A stretch of 64,000 nt of DNA from Azolla caroliniana. Lineage: Eukaryota; Plantae; Polypodiophyta. The notes below the pieces were generated by a model. The model had not been told where the DNA came from and did not search any database. It saw nothing but the letters and a program-made list of their open reading frames with translations. A program made the translations under genes and the position numbers. Location of the stretch: the NCBI GenBank assembly GCA_043228905.1, contig JBHGNT010000016.1, positions 9,548,001-9,612,000 of the forward strand, written 5' to 3'. Shown here piece by piece: positions 35,201 to 46,537 of this stretch. Numbering within the stretch: position 1 is the first letter of the stretch; the number at the start of each line of letters is the position of its first letter.

Positions 35201-37759
35201 GTGCGAATTGGATAAGCCCACACCTTTCGAGTCGAATCGTCAATAAAAGTGACGAAGTAAGAGGCACCGCCGAGAGACTGATGCGGCATTGGGCCGCAGA
35301 CGTCCGAGTGGACCAAATCGAGAGGTCTCGTGTCTCTTGGTGCTGATGTCGGGTGTGATGCGGCTGCTTGTTTGCCATACTGGCAATGCTCGCAGAATTG
35401 ATGGTCCGAGAAGGAGAGTTTGGGGATGTATCCGGCTCTAGATAGGTGCGTGATGCCGGCCTTGCTGAGGTGTCCTAATCTTCGGTGCCATAGTGATGAC
35501 ACAGGAATATCCACCAGAAACAGGTTACCCTCTCTGAGCGTAACATGTAACGGATACAGGGAGTGTATCTTGGGTCCTCTAGCAAGCAGGAGGTTCCCCC
35601 TGTGGAGTGTCCACCCTCCTGAAGAAAAACCGGCACGGATGCCGTCTTCATCTAGTTGTCCGACTGAGATCAATGGCCTTGAGAGCTCGGGTACATGTCG
35701 GACATTGTGGAGTACAAGTGTAGAGCCACCTGCAAGGTTGAGCTCTACTGTGCCGATTCCGATGATGTCACAGTGTTGTGAGTTGCCGACTCGAACTGAG
35801 TCGGAGTGACGGATCGTATATTGCCGAAATTGGGATCGATGAGGAGTCACGTGAAATGACGCGCCCGAATCTAAGAGCCATGTGCTCGATTCTTCAGTCG
35901 TGAGTAGAACTTCTGATCCGACTGGATTTTCGATTGATAGTATATTCGGGTCGTCTGGTAGCACATCAGCTGAGAAGCTGACGTAATTGACCTCCTCATG
36001 CCGGCCACTCTTCTTGTTGTTCTTGTTCTTGAGTGCGCGGCAGTCGGCTTTGATGTGTCCGGGTTTCTTGCAATAGTTGCAGATTCGGTTATCCCGTGAC
36101 TGGCTCCGTCTTCGCTGATTGTTCGGCGGCCGTGAGGAATCTCTTCCTCGTATGTTCGATCGGTCTGTCGAACCTTGTACTACATAAGCGTCGTCTGTTG
36201 AGTCTTTGGCGAAAGACTTTCTCCGAGCTGCTTCGGTCAGGATTGCGCTCGTGACTTCGGAGTACTTAACAGCCGTGGTTGACGCGTTGCACACGGTTGT
36301 GACGAAAGTTTCCCATGATGAGGGAAGGCTACTCATGAGTATCATTGCTCTGAGTTCATCTTCGATTGCCGTCCCCTGTGACGAGATTTGGGAGCTTATA
36401 CTTTCGTACTCATTGAGATGTGCTTGGACCGAATCGGAGTCTTTCATCCGCAAGTTGTAGAGGCGCCGGATCAGAAACATCTTCGTTGCGGCGACCTTCT
36501 TTTCGTAAGTGTCCGACAGTGTTTTCCACAGTTCGAATGCTGTCGTACACGATTGCACCGTAAAGTATACCGATTCCGATAGGTGCATCCGAATCGTGGC
36601 GCGGACGATTCTGTCCAGCTTCTGCCACTCAATTGGTTTGTATCCTTCTGGAGGTTCTTCATTTTCGATGGGATCGATTTGCCCCTTGACTATGAGATAG
36701 TCCTGCATTTGTTCCTTCCAGAAGTTGAAGTTCGATCCATCGAACTTTCGTAGACTCATTTCTGATGAGCCGGATGTTGATGCCATCAAATTCGGTTTCG
36801 GTTGACGAAGCTCGGTTCGGAGTTGACTACGAACCTTGTTGGAGTGCAGCCGGTTGGCTCACCCGATATCGTTCTAGTCGGATTCGAACCCGAGTAGGTT
36901 CGGCTTCGGAACTTGCTCGAGTTGACTTCGGTAGCTGGAGGGACAGAACCGACTGGTCTTCCCGAATGTTACCGAGTCAGAGTGAGTCCGGTTCGCTTCG
37001 GATATATATGCCGAATACCGATTATTAAAACCGATTATCTGGACCGATTCTGCTTCGGGTGGCTGCAGCGACGAGAGGGATGGATCCAACTGATCCTTTC
37101 GAATGTCGATCAGCCGGATGAAGCACGAATTGGGGTTGTTGTCTTGAGACCGATCTGCACCGAGTGGTTACAACGAGCGGCGATTGATGACCTCTTCGGA
37201 TGCCGTTTAACCGAGTGGAGCACGATCGTGTCAATGTTGCACAAGGGGATTTCACCTCGAGCGGTTACGATCTCGGAGGACAGAGTACAACCTACTGGCT
37301 TCCTCCAAGCAAAGATGATCTAACGCAATGAGATGCAAACCTGGTTTTTGTTCTTCTTCTCTCTTTCTTCGAATGACGCAAATACTGTGCAGGCCGCGGT
37401 GAAGTGAAGAACCGAATGCTGTGCAGGCGGTGATGACGGCCGAACCTCGAATGCTCTGATACCAGATGTTAGTGACATAGTCGTCAGTGCGGAAGATCAA
37501 GAAGCATTCTTTTCTGACTGAATACCTGCGTATGACAGTTTGTAGGTCGTTGCACAGAGAGAGAGAGAGAGAGACAGAGACAGAGAGGCACATAAGACTT
37601 TCTATTCCACAAAGCAATAATACAACACCCAACCCCACGAAGAGGTTACTAGGTCACTATATATAGGGACCGACTTAGGGCAACTACCCTTTATGCTAAT
37701 TACATAAATGGCCAAAACGGGATAGTGTGAATACGTCCATTATACACATGTATTCGACA
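32285..37759 (-). mobile_element. Intact, very young Ty1/copia element (copia H)
   Basis: LTRs at 32285-32579 and 37467-37759 appear identical apart from one AG unit. TSD AGTAC, iMet PBS at 37453-37464, PPT beside 32580. Confidence 0.96.
32773..36789 (-). CDS. Copia gag-pol polyprotein, 1338 aa, uninterrupted
   Basis: CNYCKKPGH, LDSGASFH, LWHRRLGH..CEHC, HSDVCGP/RTDNGGE/NGIAER, QLDVKTAFL, YVDDML, YTDSD, KHIDVRYHF. Confidence 0.95.
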   Translation of the reverse strand: MMASTSGSSEMSLRKFDGSNFNFWKEQMQDYLIVKGQIDPIENEEPPEGYKPIEWQKLDRIVRATIRMHLSESVYFTVQSCTTAFELWKTLSDTYEKKVAATKMFLIRRLYNLRMKDSDSVQAHLNEYESISSQISSQGTAIEDELRAMILMSSLPSSWETFVTTVCNASTTAVKYSEVTSAILTEAARRKSFAKDSTDDAYVVQGSTDRSNIRGRDSSRPPNNQRRRSQSRDNRICNYCKKPGHIKADCRALKNKNNKKSGRHEEVNYVSFSADVLPDDPNILSIENPVGSEVLLTTEESSTWLLDSGASFHVTPHRSQFRQYTIRHSDSVRVGNSQHCDIIGIGTVELNLAGGSTLVLHNVRHVPELSRPLISVGQLDEDGIRAGFSSGGWTLHRGNLLLARGPKIHSLYPLHVTLREGNLFLVDIPVSSLWHRRLGHLSKAGITHLSRAGYIPKLSFSDHQFCEHCQYGKQAAASHPTSAPRDTRPLDLVHSDVCGPMPHQSLGGASYFVTFIDDSTRKVWAYPIRTKDRVFSIFTDWLAMVENQTDRKLKCFRTDNGGEFKSEEFVKFCRQRGIRREFTAPHSPEQNGIAERMNRTIQERIVSMLQHSGLSDGFWAEALLTAVHIINMSPSRPLGLQIPQELWIGSKPNYDKLRIFGCEAYALIPKDDRRKLAPRSRKCIFLGYGSDGEMGYRLWDPERRQIVRSSDVVFNESAMNPSVEKPIEVRRVTFSDVPTLQEGPALNTRSASRVAAPYTTDLDDSDSVQPNDSLSDHPTSIPDATSPIIPRRSERLSQPPERYSPGIFFTDAGEPTSYEEASTSVDSATWHLAMESEMHSIRANKTWDLVELPRNRRALPCKWVYRLKETSDSTIPKYKARLVAKGFRQEYGVDFNEIFSPVVKMTTLRFLLGVVAADNLELIQLDVKTAFLHGDLEEEIYMEQPKGFVATGQEHLVCRLRKSLYGLKQAPRQWYKKFDDFIQSIGFSKSDEDHCLFTNTAQDGSPIFLIIYVDDMLISGRHAGELADLVRQLRLKFAMKDLGPAQHILGMKISRHRDKRHLFLSQTDYIGRVLERFNMQSAKSASTPLPMNLRLSQRDCPTSGPEGEDMKSVPYAPAVGSLMYLMVATRPDISHAVGVVSRFMHNPGRSHWNAVKHVFRYLAGTKDHGILFGPNRTSGVVGYTDSDFAGCIDSRKSTTGYYFKFGNGAISWKSKLQECTATSTTEAEYVAASDAAKEALWLGRLAHTFRQVDHDSAPVVYSDSQGAVALSKNPVHHNASKHIDVRYHFVRDCVISGKIGLEKISTTDNVADGMTKCLSADRFRSLRHQMGVTTNQSG

Positions 37760-37978
37760 AGTACGGTGTACTTCAATGCTCACTCGAGCGTCTGACACTA
37801 ACTACGAGAGTAATAACTCCATAGTAGTCTAGCTGCTACTAGGCTTCAGGTTACTGATGGACCCTGTCAACCGACTCCCCAGCTCACCGGCTCTTTTGCT
37901 CATCGGCTCACCGATCCGTCTCGCTCACCGGCTCAGGCTTATCCAGCCAGCCAATCCGGTTCCAATTGAGCTTGCCGC

Positions 37979-40900
37979 TCAACACTCCCCCTCAAGCTCA
38001 ACTTGAGGTCTGCTCGTAGTATCAACATCTGTGGCAATTAGTCCTTTTGCCCGGCTCCTTCTAGCGTCACTGCGCCTTGCTCGCGCTCCTCGTCCGGTCC
38101 GGTTCTGTTTGCCGCAACCCCTCTTGTTCTGCGCACCTCGACCTTCTCGGTTGGCTTGTTTGCTCAACAGGCCCAATTCAGCTCCCTCGTTGTTGTGACT
38201 TCGGCGCGTGCCGGTTCGCCGATTCCTTCGTGTTGGCGTCGACTTTCGCTGCCTTCTCGTCCTCTTGGCCTTGAGTTGATTCGGTTCTTCCGAATCTGTC
38301 TGTTGAACCGAATCGATTGTCTCCGATTCGTTCCAGTTCTTGTCCGAATCGGTTGCTCCCGATTCGTCTTCTTGTTCTAGGCCCTTCACCACATCGGACC
38401 ATGTCTAGGTCTTGACCTTCTTCTTCCGATCAGCTCTGTCCTTCTTGATTCTGCCGCCGCTGCCGCTTGTTCCGACTTGTTCGAATGTGTCAACTTCCTT
38501 TGTCGACTCGGCTCCTTTCTTCTTCTTGACTCTCCCTTCGTCGGTTCTTCCCTCACCGGCGCAATCAGAAGTCTCTTTGCCTTTGCCCGTTTCGGTGTCT
38601 TTGCCCGTTCTCCCCCTCAAGTGTGGTACGTCGAGATGCTGAACACCAAGCATTTCGGTGAAGTGCTGCAACTTGTTTGATCTGAGTGGTTTGGTGAAGA
38701 TGTCGGCAACTTGCCGATCCGTGTGAACATACCAAAGTTCGAGCTCACCGCTCAAGACACGCTCACGCAGAAGTGATAATGCACTTCTATGTGCTTTGTG
38801 CGAGCATGGAATACGGGGTTCTTGGCGAGCTGCATGCTGCTTATGTTGTCACAGTAGATCAGAATCGGGGTCGGTACCTCGATCCGTAGGTCTTGCAGCA
38901 GTCGCCGAAGCCAAATGGCTTCACAGGTGGGAATGGTAGCGCCCCGATACTAAGCCTCAGTGCTCGACAGAGCAACTGTTGGTTGTTTTTTGTTGCTCCA
39001 CGCAACAACCGCACTACCTAGGGAAAACATGTAACTGGAGGTTGATCGGCGATCTAATGCATCACCGTCCCAGTCGGCATTTGTGTAACCGACCAGCTCT
39101 TCGGTTATACCGCGCCGGTATAACAGTCCCCGGTCCTTCGTGCCGCTCACATACCGCAGTATTCGGTTCACGCATTGAAGATGCTCCACGGTCGGCTTCT
39201 GCATGAATTGGCTAATCACACCGACCGGATAGCTGATGTCGGGTCGGTTGATGATCAAATATATAAGGCTTCTGACAATTTGTCGGAACCGTTTCTCATC
39301 GCAGGCCGGTCTGGAGTCGGGGCGAAGCTTCTGGTTCCGGTCTAGGGGAGTAGAGATAGGTCGACATTCCATCATGCCGAACTTGTACAACATATTCAAC
39401 ACATAGTGCCTTTGTGAGAGCAATATGCCGTCGGGGGTTCGGATCACCTCGATCCCAAGAAAATAATGAAGGTCCCCCAGGTCCTTCATCTCAAACGCAT
39501 CCGACAACTGGGACTTGACTCGACTGATTTCATCGAGTCCGGGTCCGGTGATGACCAGATCATCAACGTAAAACAAGATGCAAACCGGACCGTCCGGACC
39601 TTGCCGAATGAACAACGAAGAGTCGGACTTGGAGGCCGCAAAACCCATCTTACGCAACCAGTGCGTGATCTTCACATTCCAAGCTCGGGGGGCTTGCTTC
39701 AGGCCATAAAGTGACTTCTTCAGCTGGCATACCGCCGACTTGTTCATCTCCGTTTGGAAACCGGGGGGTTGTATCATAAAGACCTCTTCTTCAAGATCTC
39801 CTTGAAGAAATGCGTTCTTTACATCCATCTGGTGAAGATGCCACCCCCTTGCCGCTGCAACCGCCAGCACCACACGAACCGCCGTCATCTTCGCTACTGG
39901 AGTGAAAGTCTCGTTGTAGTCGATTCCGTGGGTCTGTGCGTATCCCTTCGCCACTAACCGGGCCTTGTACCGGTTAACTGAACCGTCGGCATTGTACTTT
40001 ACCTTGTACACCCACTTGCATCCGATCGGTTTACTGTCACAGGGAGGGTCAACTAGGTCCCATGTATCATTGGCATCAAGTGCCCGCATCTCTTCTTCCA
40101 TAGCGGCACGCCAATGTGCGTCCTTTGCCGCTTCTGCGTAGCTCTCCGGCTCACACACTTCCGCCACCTTGGTCATGTACGCATAGTGATGCGCCATGTA
40201 CTCATTGTACCCGTACCGCTTAACAGGTTCCTTCTGGCGGGATGACCGGCGTAACCCACCATTACCCGGTTTGAGGCCCTTCTTGGCCGGTTCGGTCTTC
40301 GGTGCCGAAGAACCGTCATTTTCCTTTCCGGTTCCATGATCCGGCATCTTCATCTTCCCCTTCTCTTTGCGTGTGAACCGTCTCCTCGGTTCCTTGTGTG
40401 GGGAGAGCACGGTAGAGTCTTCACTACTCGCCGGTTCTTCTGACTGGTTGGATTGACCTAGTTTCTTGTTCGGCCCACTCAACCGAAACGATTCTGGACT
40501 CTCTTCTTGAGTCCCAGATTCATCATCTTCTAACTGGACCGGTTCAGGCTCACTAGCCTCATCCTCCGGTATCGGGTCGGGGTCAAAAGTCGGAGCTGGT
40601 AAGGCATACCATGATATCATCTCATCAAACTCAACATCGCAGCTAACTCGGACCTGCTTCATCCGGGGGTTATAACACTTATACCCCTTTTGCTCATGTG
40701 AGTAGCCGACGAGGATGCACTTCTCCGATTTTGCATCCAGCTTCCTCCGCTTATCATCCGACACATGCACATATGCTATGCTGCCTAAAATCCAAAGGTG
40801 TCTCAAATTCGGCTTGCGCCCGAAATACAGCTCATACGCGGACACCTTGTCACCGATCCGGTTTTGGATGTAGAAGGCCGTCCGGACCGCCTCCACCCAG

Positions 40901-42881
40901 TAGAAATGGGGCATGCTCTTCTCTTTCAGCATTGCCCTTACCGCATCGACAAGCGAACGGTTTTTCCTTTCGGCCACACCATTTTGCTCCGGTGTGTATA
41001 TGCAGCTGAACTCTCTCCGAATTCCTATTTGTTGCAGATAACTGTTGAATTGGCCAGAAAAATATTCTTTTCCGCCATCTGAACGCAGACACTTGATCTT
41101 CTTCTCCGATTCCCGTTCCACCATGGTCTGGAGGTTCCGGAAACAGTCGAAGAATTCGCTCTTCCGCTCAATGAGGTAGATCCATGTGTGTCGGCTATAG
41201 TCATTGATGAAGGAGACAAAGTATCAACTCCCGCCAAGACTCATGTTCTGTGCCGGTCCCCATATATCCGAATGAATAAGGTCGAGCTTGTTACGGCTAC
41301 AGTTTTGTTCGGTGGGGAATGGAAGTCGGTGTTGCTTCCTGAGTTGGCAGGCTTCACATACTTGGGCCTTCCGGCCACAAAACTTCGGCAAACTGAAAAC
41401 AACTTGTTTCGTTTGCAAGTCTTGAAGCCGCCGGTAATTGACGTGGCCGATCCGCTTGTGTCACAGGTTGATGTCTGATTCGACCTTCTATCCTTTGGCG
41501 AACAAGGCGGTGCCGATGTCATTGGTGTCGAGGATGAACATCCTCCCATCTCTGCACCCTTGCGCTATAATCTGGCCCTCCTCCTCGATGAAGCACCCGA
41601 GCTGCGTAAACCGCACATGCATTCCCTAGTCTACGATCTGTCCGACCGACACCAGGTTCTTTGTGATAGCCGGAACGTGTAATACTTTCATCAGATTCCC
41701 CCTCTGTCCGACGTGGCTCAGGGGAACTTCTCCGCCATGCACAATTGGGTGAGGAGTGTCGTCGCCTGTGTTGACAACTCCTGGTTCTTTCGGTTTCTCC
41801 AAGAAGGAGAACCACTCTTTGTGGCTCGTCATGTGATTTGACGTATCTGGAATCAACGTACCACACTTCCTCCGATTTGGAAGTGGTCTTCTTCATCGAG
41901 TTTGCCTCGTGCTTCATCACCAAGGCTGGCCCCTTACCGGTCTTCCTGGTTCCGGATCCTCTCGATCCTTGTGCGTAGTGCGAGCTTTGCCGGTTCTCCC
42001 GACCGGTTTTGCTGGATCCAGATCTGTCCGAATCGGCGCACTTCTTAAAGCACTCGCTTTCTCTGTGGCTCTTTTTGCCATAATACTAGCATTTTGTGGC
42101 AGATTTGTCTTGCCGGCCTCCGGCTCCACCTTGACTCCCCCTGCTTGTGGAAGTCCCGGAACTACTGTCGGCACGGTCTCTGTGCCGTCGGTCTTGCCCT
42201 TGCCGGCCGCCTCCATTGTGTGCCAACCCGCCTCTCGTCCACCACGCCCACGGGGCCGATCCGCCTCCGTGTACAACATCCGGCTGTCGGTGGGTGCACT
42301 TATTGACGCACCGACGTGGTTCTCCTCTACAAGGAGCATCGACTGTAAGTCAAAAAAAGACGACGTATTCTACCTCGTACATACTGATGTCCGGAAAGCT
42401 CGGAACTTAGACGCCAGGCCCCCAAGACAGACCTGTACCATCTCTTCTTCCTCTACAGTAACATTGATAGAGGCAAGCGAGTCACAGATCTCTTTGATTC
42501 GGGTCGTGTAATCAGCCACCGACATGTCCTTCTGTTGGACATTGCTCAACTCCTATCGGAGTTGCAGCTTCCGGGCTGTGGTGCTTGCGGCAAACACCTT
42601 CTTCAGGTTTCCCCAAGCCTCTTTCGGTGTCCCGGCATCTCGAATGTGGCTCAGCAGCTGGTCTCCGACACTAGACACAAAGCAGTACATCACCTGGTTG
42701 CCGATTGTTCCCACACCGGGAAGTCCTTGTGTGCCGCATCAGGTGTTGTGTCGTTAGCTCCGTCAACATAGCTCCAGTAACCATGCTCAAGCAGGTACTG
42801 GTGCATCTTGTATGACCAAGATGCGTAGTTGGATCTGTCGAGCTTGTCCACCGGAAGTGACCTAGCCATTCCTCTATCCAT
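37979..42881 (-). pseudogene. gag-pol of copia E, fragmented
   Basis: Fragments 42690-42881, 41917-42339, 41626-41856, 38950-41124, 38405-38755 and 37979-38392, collinear with copia B. Confidence 0.88.
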
Positions 42882-45800
42882 TGTTTTTTTTTTCTTTTGT
42901 TCTTTACAAAGGTTAGGTTTTCTTCTTGCGAAAGCGAATGTCGGCTGCAGAGGTTCTCAACCCTCACGCTCCGATACCATGTAAAAACAAATAGTGTGCG
43001 GAAACAATAAAAAACAGAAAACAGAGAACAGGTTTAATGGAGAGCTTAATAGTACACGGGAGAGACAGAGAGAGAGAGAGAGGACAAGAGTCTCTATTCA
43101 AAAATTATATCAAAGCTCTATACATCGTATGTGTTCAGTGAGCACTTTTATACAGGTCCATACGAACTGACAAAAGTACAGTGTACTTCAAAACTCACTC
43201 GAGCGTCTGACACTAACTACGAGAGTAATAACTCCCTAGTAGTCTAGCTGCTACTAGGCTTCCGGTTACTGATGGATCCGGCTATCCGGCTCCCCAGCTC
43301 ACTGGCTCTTTTGCTCACCGGGTGCTCACTGGCTCACCAATCTATCTCGCTCACTGGCTCAGTGATCCGTCTCGCTCACTGGTTCAGGCTTATCTAGCCA
43401 ATCCGGCTCCAATTGAGCTTGCCGCTCAACAAATATTTACTTGCTTTTATGCAAGTTTTTCTCGACAACTTCGCGGTGTACGGAATGCGAGGCGAACATT
43501 TGGGCCATTTACGGCTCTGTTTGGACCGATGCCGGACCTCACGTCTCAGCCTTAATCTGGCTAAATGCATATTTGGGGTCACAAGTGGAGCACTTCTCGG
43601 TCACATAGTGAGTAAGGCGGCAATAGTGGTAGATCCCAACAAAATTCGGGTGAACATTGAAGCAAAAACTCCCAGTAACGGAAAAGCCCTTAGTCTCTTC
43701 CTCGAGCAAATACGTTGGCATAGCCATATGTTACGATACTTCACGGATTTCGCGACTCCCGTGCACAGCACAGTACATTGTACTCCGTTCAAATGGACAA
43801 CAATAGAAGACAAGGCCTACGAGGTTTTTAAAATAATATTGACCCAAGCACCCATCGTACAACCCTTAGATTGGACTACATTATTCCACATGTTTGTGGA
43901 TGCCTTGGAAATTGCAATCTGTAGCGCACTAATGCAGCTTACCGAGCCCAATTGGTATCGACCGGTCTACTACTCCAGCCATAAATTATCAGATGCAGAG
44001 CGGAATTATTCAATGACTGAGCGTGAAGCCCTAGGGATGATCTACAACATAAACAAATTCCGACATTACTTATTAGGGCGGAAATTCACGTTTCATGTGG
44101 ACTATGTGGCGCTACTCTACTTAGTCGAGAAGCAAGCATTAACGGGGAAATTGGCTACTCCAAGAATTTGAATTCACAATCCAACATCGGCCGTGCACAC
44201 AGCACGCCGTAGCCGATTTTCTAAGCAGAATAGATAATGACAATGACGCAATCAAACAGGGTGATGAATTCCCCGACGTAGATATTCTGCGGGTTGCGAC
44301 TACAACATCACTAGACGAGAAAAGTTTTATGGATCGATGGCTAATGGAGATGACCTATTTCTTGACAACAGGACTGCCACCACCACAACTACGGACGGAC
44401 GAAAAGAAAAGACTGGCAATACGGAGTCACAATTTTTTCTTGGTGGAGGGAATGCTATATCATAAAGGAAGCAATGGTATTTGGAGGCGGTATACAACAA
44501 GATGAGAAGGAGGCAATGTTACGCGAAGCTCACTTCCGAACGACAGGAAGCCATTACACAGGAGATGTTACGGCTCGAAAAGTGTGGTAAGCAGGCTTTT
44601 GGTGGCCAACTACGCAAAAAGATGTGTATAAATATTGTAAAGAGTGTGACCTTTGCCAACGCTTGGGCCAACCGACGGAGCTCGCATGGATGCCTCACCA
44701 GCCGGTGCGTCCAAAACTAGGGTCTCGATTTTGTTGGCCCCTTTACTCCGGCAGTAGCATGAACAGGTAATAAATATATCCTAGACGCCACGGATTATTG
44801 CACAAAGTGGGTAGAAGCGAAAGCGTTACGAGATAATACCACGACATGTACGACAAAGTTCCTCTATGAACAAATTTGGTGCCGTTTTGGTTGCCCAATA
44901 GAACTCATAAGTGATCAAGGGAGCTATATTTTGAATATGGTTATCCATGAACTCACAAACCATTACGCCGTAGTACATAAGAAGAGTATGCAGTATTACC
45001 CTCAAGCGAATCGATTAGCCGAATCAATGAACAAGACGTTGCAGACCATCATGAAAAAGATCGTTAATGAGAATAGAACGGGTTAGGATACAAAGCTACA
45101 TAGCACCTTGTGGGCTTACAGAACGAGCTATAAAATCAGCATACAATCCACTCCCTTTCGACTAGCGTTCGGGTTGGAACCTATAATGCCTATTGAATTT
45201 CAAGTCCCTAGCTTGCAGATTCAAGTACGCGAAAGACTGTCGAAGGGACCGTCTGAGCAAATCTGGTTGCAACAATTACTTGAATTAGGTTAAACTCGAG
45301 TCCGAAGTACCACAATACTAGAGAATGAGCATCAAAGGGGTAAAGCGTTCGTAGATTGGCATCGAGGCATGAGTGACAAACATTTCAAAATTGGGAAAGC
45401 CGTGCTAGTCTTCCAAACCCGCATGGGCCAAATGCCGGGGAAACTACGATTCTGCTGGACAGGGTTGTCTTGGATAATAGGAGCAGAAAATGGGACCTTT
45501 CAATTAGGCACCCTAGCAAACGGAAAGGTGAACGGGTTCTGCTTGAAGCCGTATTTGGGACCTACGCCCCTGAATCCGTTTTACGCCATAAATGTTACGG
45601 CCGCCGGGAGCCCCTTGTAAGAATGTAACAATAATATTGTACTTTACCATTAGAAGAAAAAAAGAGAGAGAAGATAGTCACGACTATTAAAAAGCTTTCA
45701 TGCATGCACACTTCCCTAGGAAAAAAGCACGCGTCGGCACAATGATGCACATGCCAATAAACCCTAAGTCCCAAAAAGAGGAGAACAGACGATTTTTTGC

Positions 45801-45999
45801 ACATTACAGAAAACATTATCAAGCTCTCTACTCTCCTCGTGCTCCTCACTCCCCTTGCTCTCCTCATGCTCCTGGCTCTGCTTGGTCTCCTCGTGCTCTT
45901 GGCTCTCCTCGCTCCCCAACCTATCATAGGTAGCACGGTCCGCGATAGTCGCGTGCCCTAACCCCTAATCACCCCTCACATGATCCTTGCCATGCTAGT

Positions 46000-46524
46000 A
46001 TGCCGATCCCTATCTCCTCAGCACTACGTCGATGGCTTCTGGAAAAGGGCTTCGAAGGTTACATCCAGGTAGCAGAGGCGCCCCCGCACCCCATTGTCCA
46101 AGAAATCGCCAAAAAGCTTAATGTCGATACAATTACAAATACCAACATCAGAAAGAAGCTGGGTTTGACGGCGACAGGAGAAAAACACTTCGAGATTCCC
46201 CATTCAAAGGACTTGGAGAAATATTTCGGAGAGTACTCAACCTCTGCTAAGGCGTACAGGACGAAGGATATCCCGAATTCTTTTTTCCGGGAGGTAGGGA
46301 AGTTCCTGCTAGAAGTCGGTTGTGTCCACATCAACTCCTATGGGATGCCAAAGCAGAAGGCAGACATCGTCATCGACACATTTGAGGGATGCGCCGTGGA
46401 CTGGGGGGTAATCACGGAACCAACGCTAAGGGAGGGCCTACACACATTTCTTATCATTAATGTTCCCACCTTGAGGTCTCGGGAGGAAGAGCCAAATCTT
46501 TCCACCACTGAAGAAGCACCATGA
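46000..46524 (+). CDS. Extra (post-integrase) ORF of gypsy C, unknown function, truncated
   Basis: Sense ORF after integrase; aligns by eye with 60582-61037 of gypsy J. Confidence 0.6.
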   Translation: MPIPISSALRRWLLEKGFEGYIQVAEAPPHPIVQEIAKKLNVDTITNTNIRKKLGLTATGEKHFEIPHSKDLEKYFGEYSTSAKAYRTKDIPNSFFREVGKFLLEVGCVHINSYGMPKQKADIVIDTFEGCAVDWGVITEPTLREGLHTFLIINVPTLRSREEEPNLSTTEEAP

Positions 46525-46537
46525 CAAGCAGCGCGGC

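Larger units (their letters stand above)
32085..43431 (-). mobile_element. Ty1/copia element (copia E, same family as B), pseudogenised; its 3' LTR is split by copia H
   Basis: 5' LTR at 42980-43431; 3' LTR at 32085-32284 plus 37765-37984. TSD AATAC/AATAT, PBS at 42968-42979, PPT at 37985-37993, pol fragments including 38950-41124. Confidence 0.9.
29190..46524 (+). mobile_element. Degenerate non-chromovirus Ty3/gypsy element (gypsy C) with a post-integrase extra ORF; hosts copia E and H
   Basis: gag-like region about 29680-30900. RT (YSFLDGFSGYNQ; MFGL..APATFQ) is split at 32084/43437 and resumes VFLDNF. RNase H (VYY.S.KL..AERNYS.TEREAL), integrase about 44480-45300, extra ORF 46000-46524. 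LTR limits not resolved. Confidence 0.8.
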
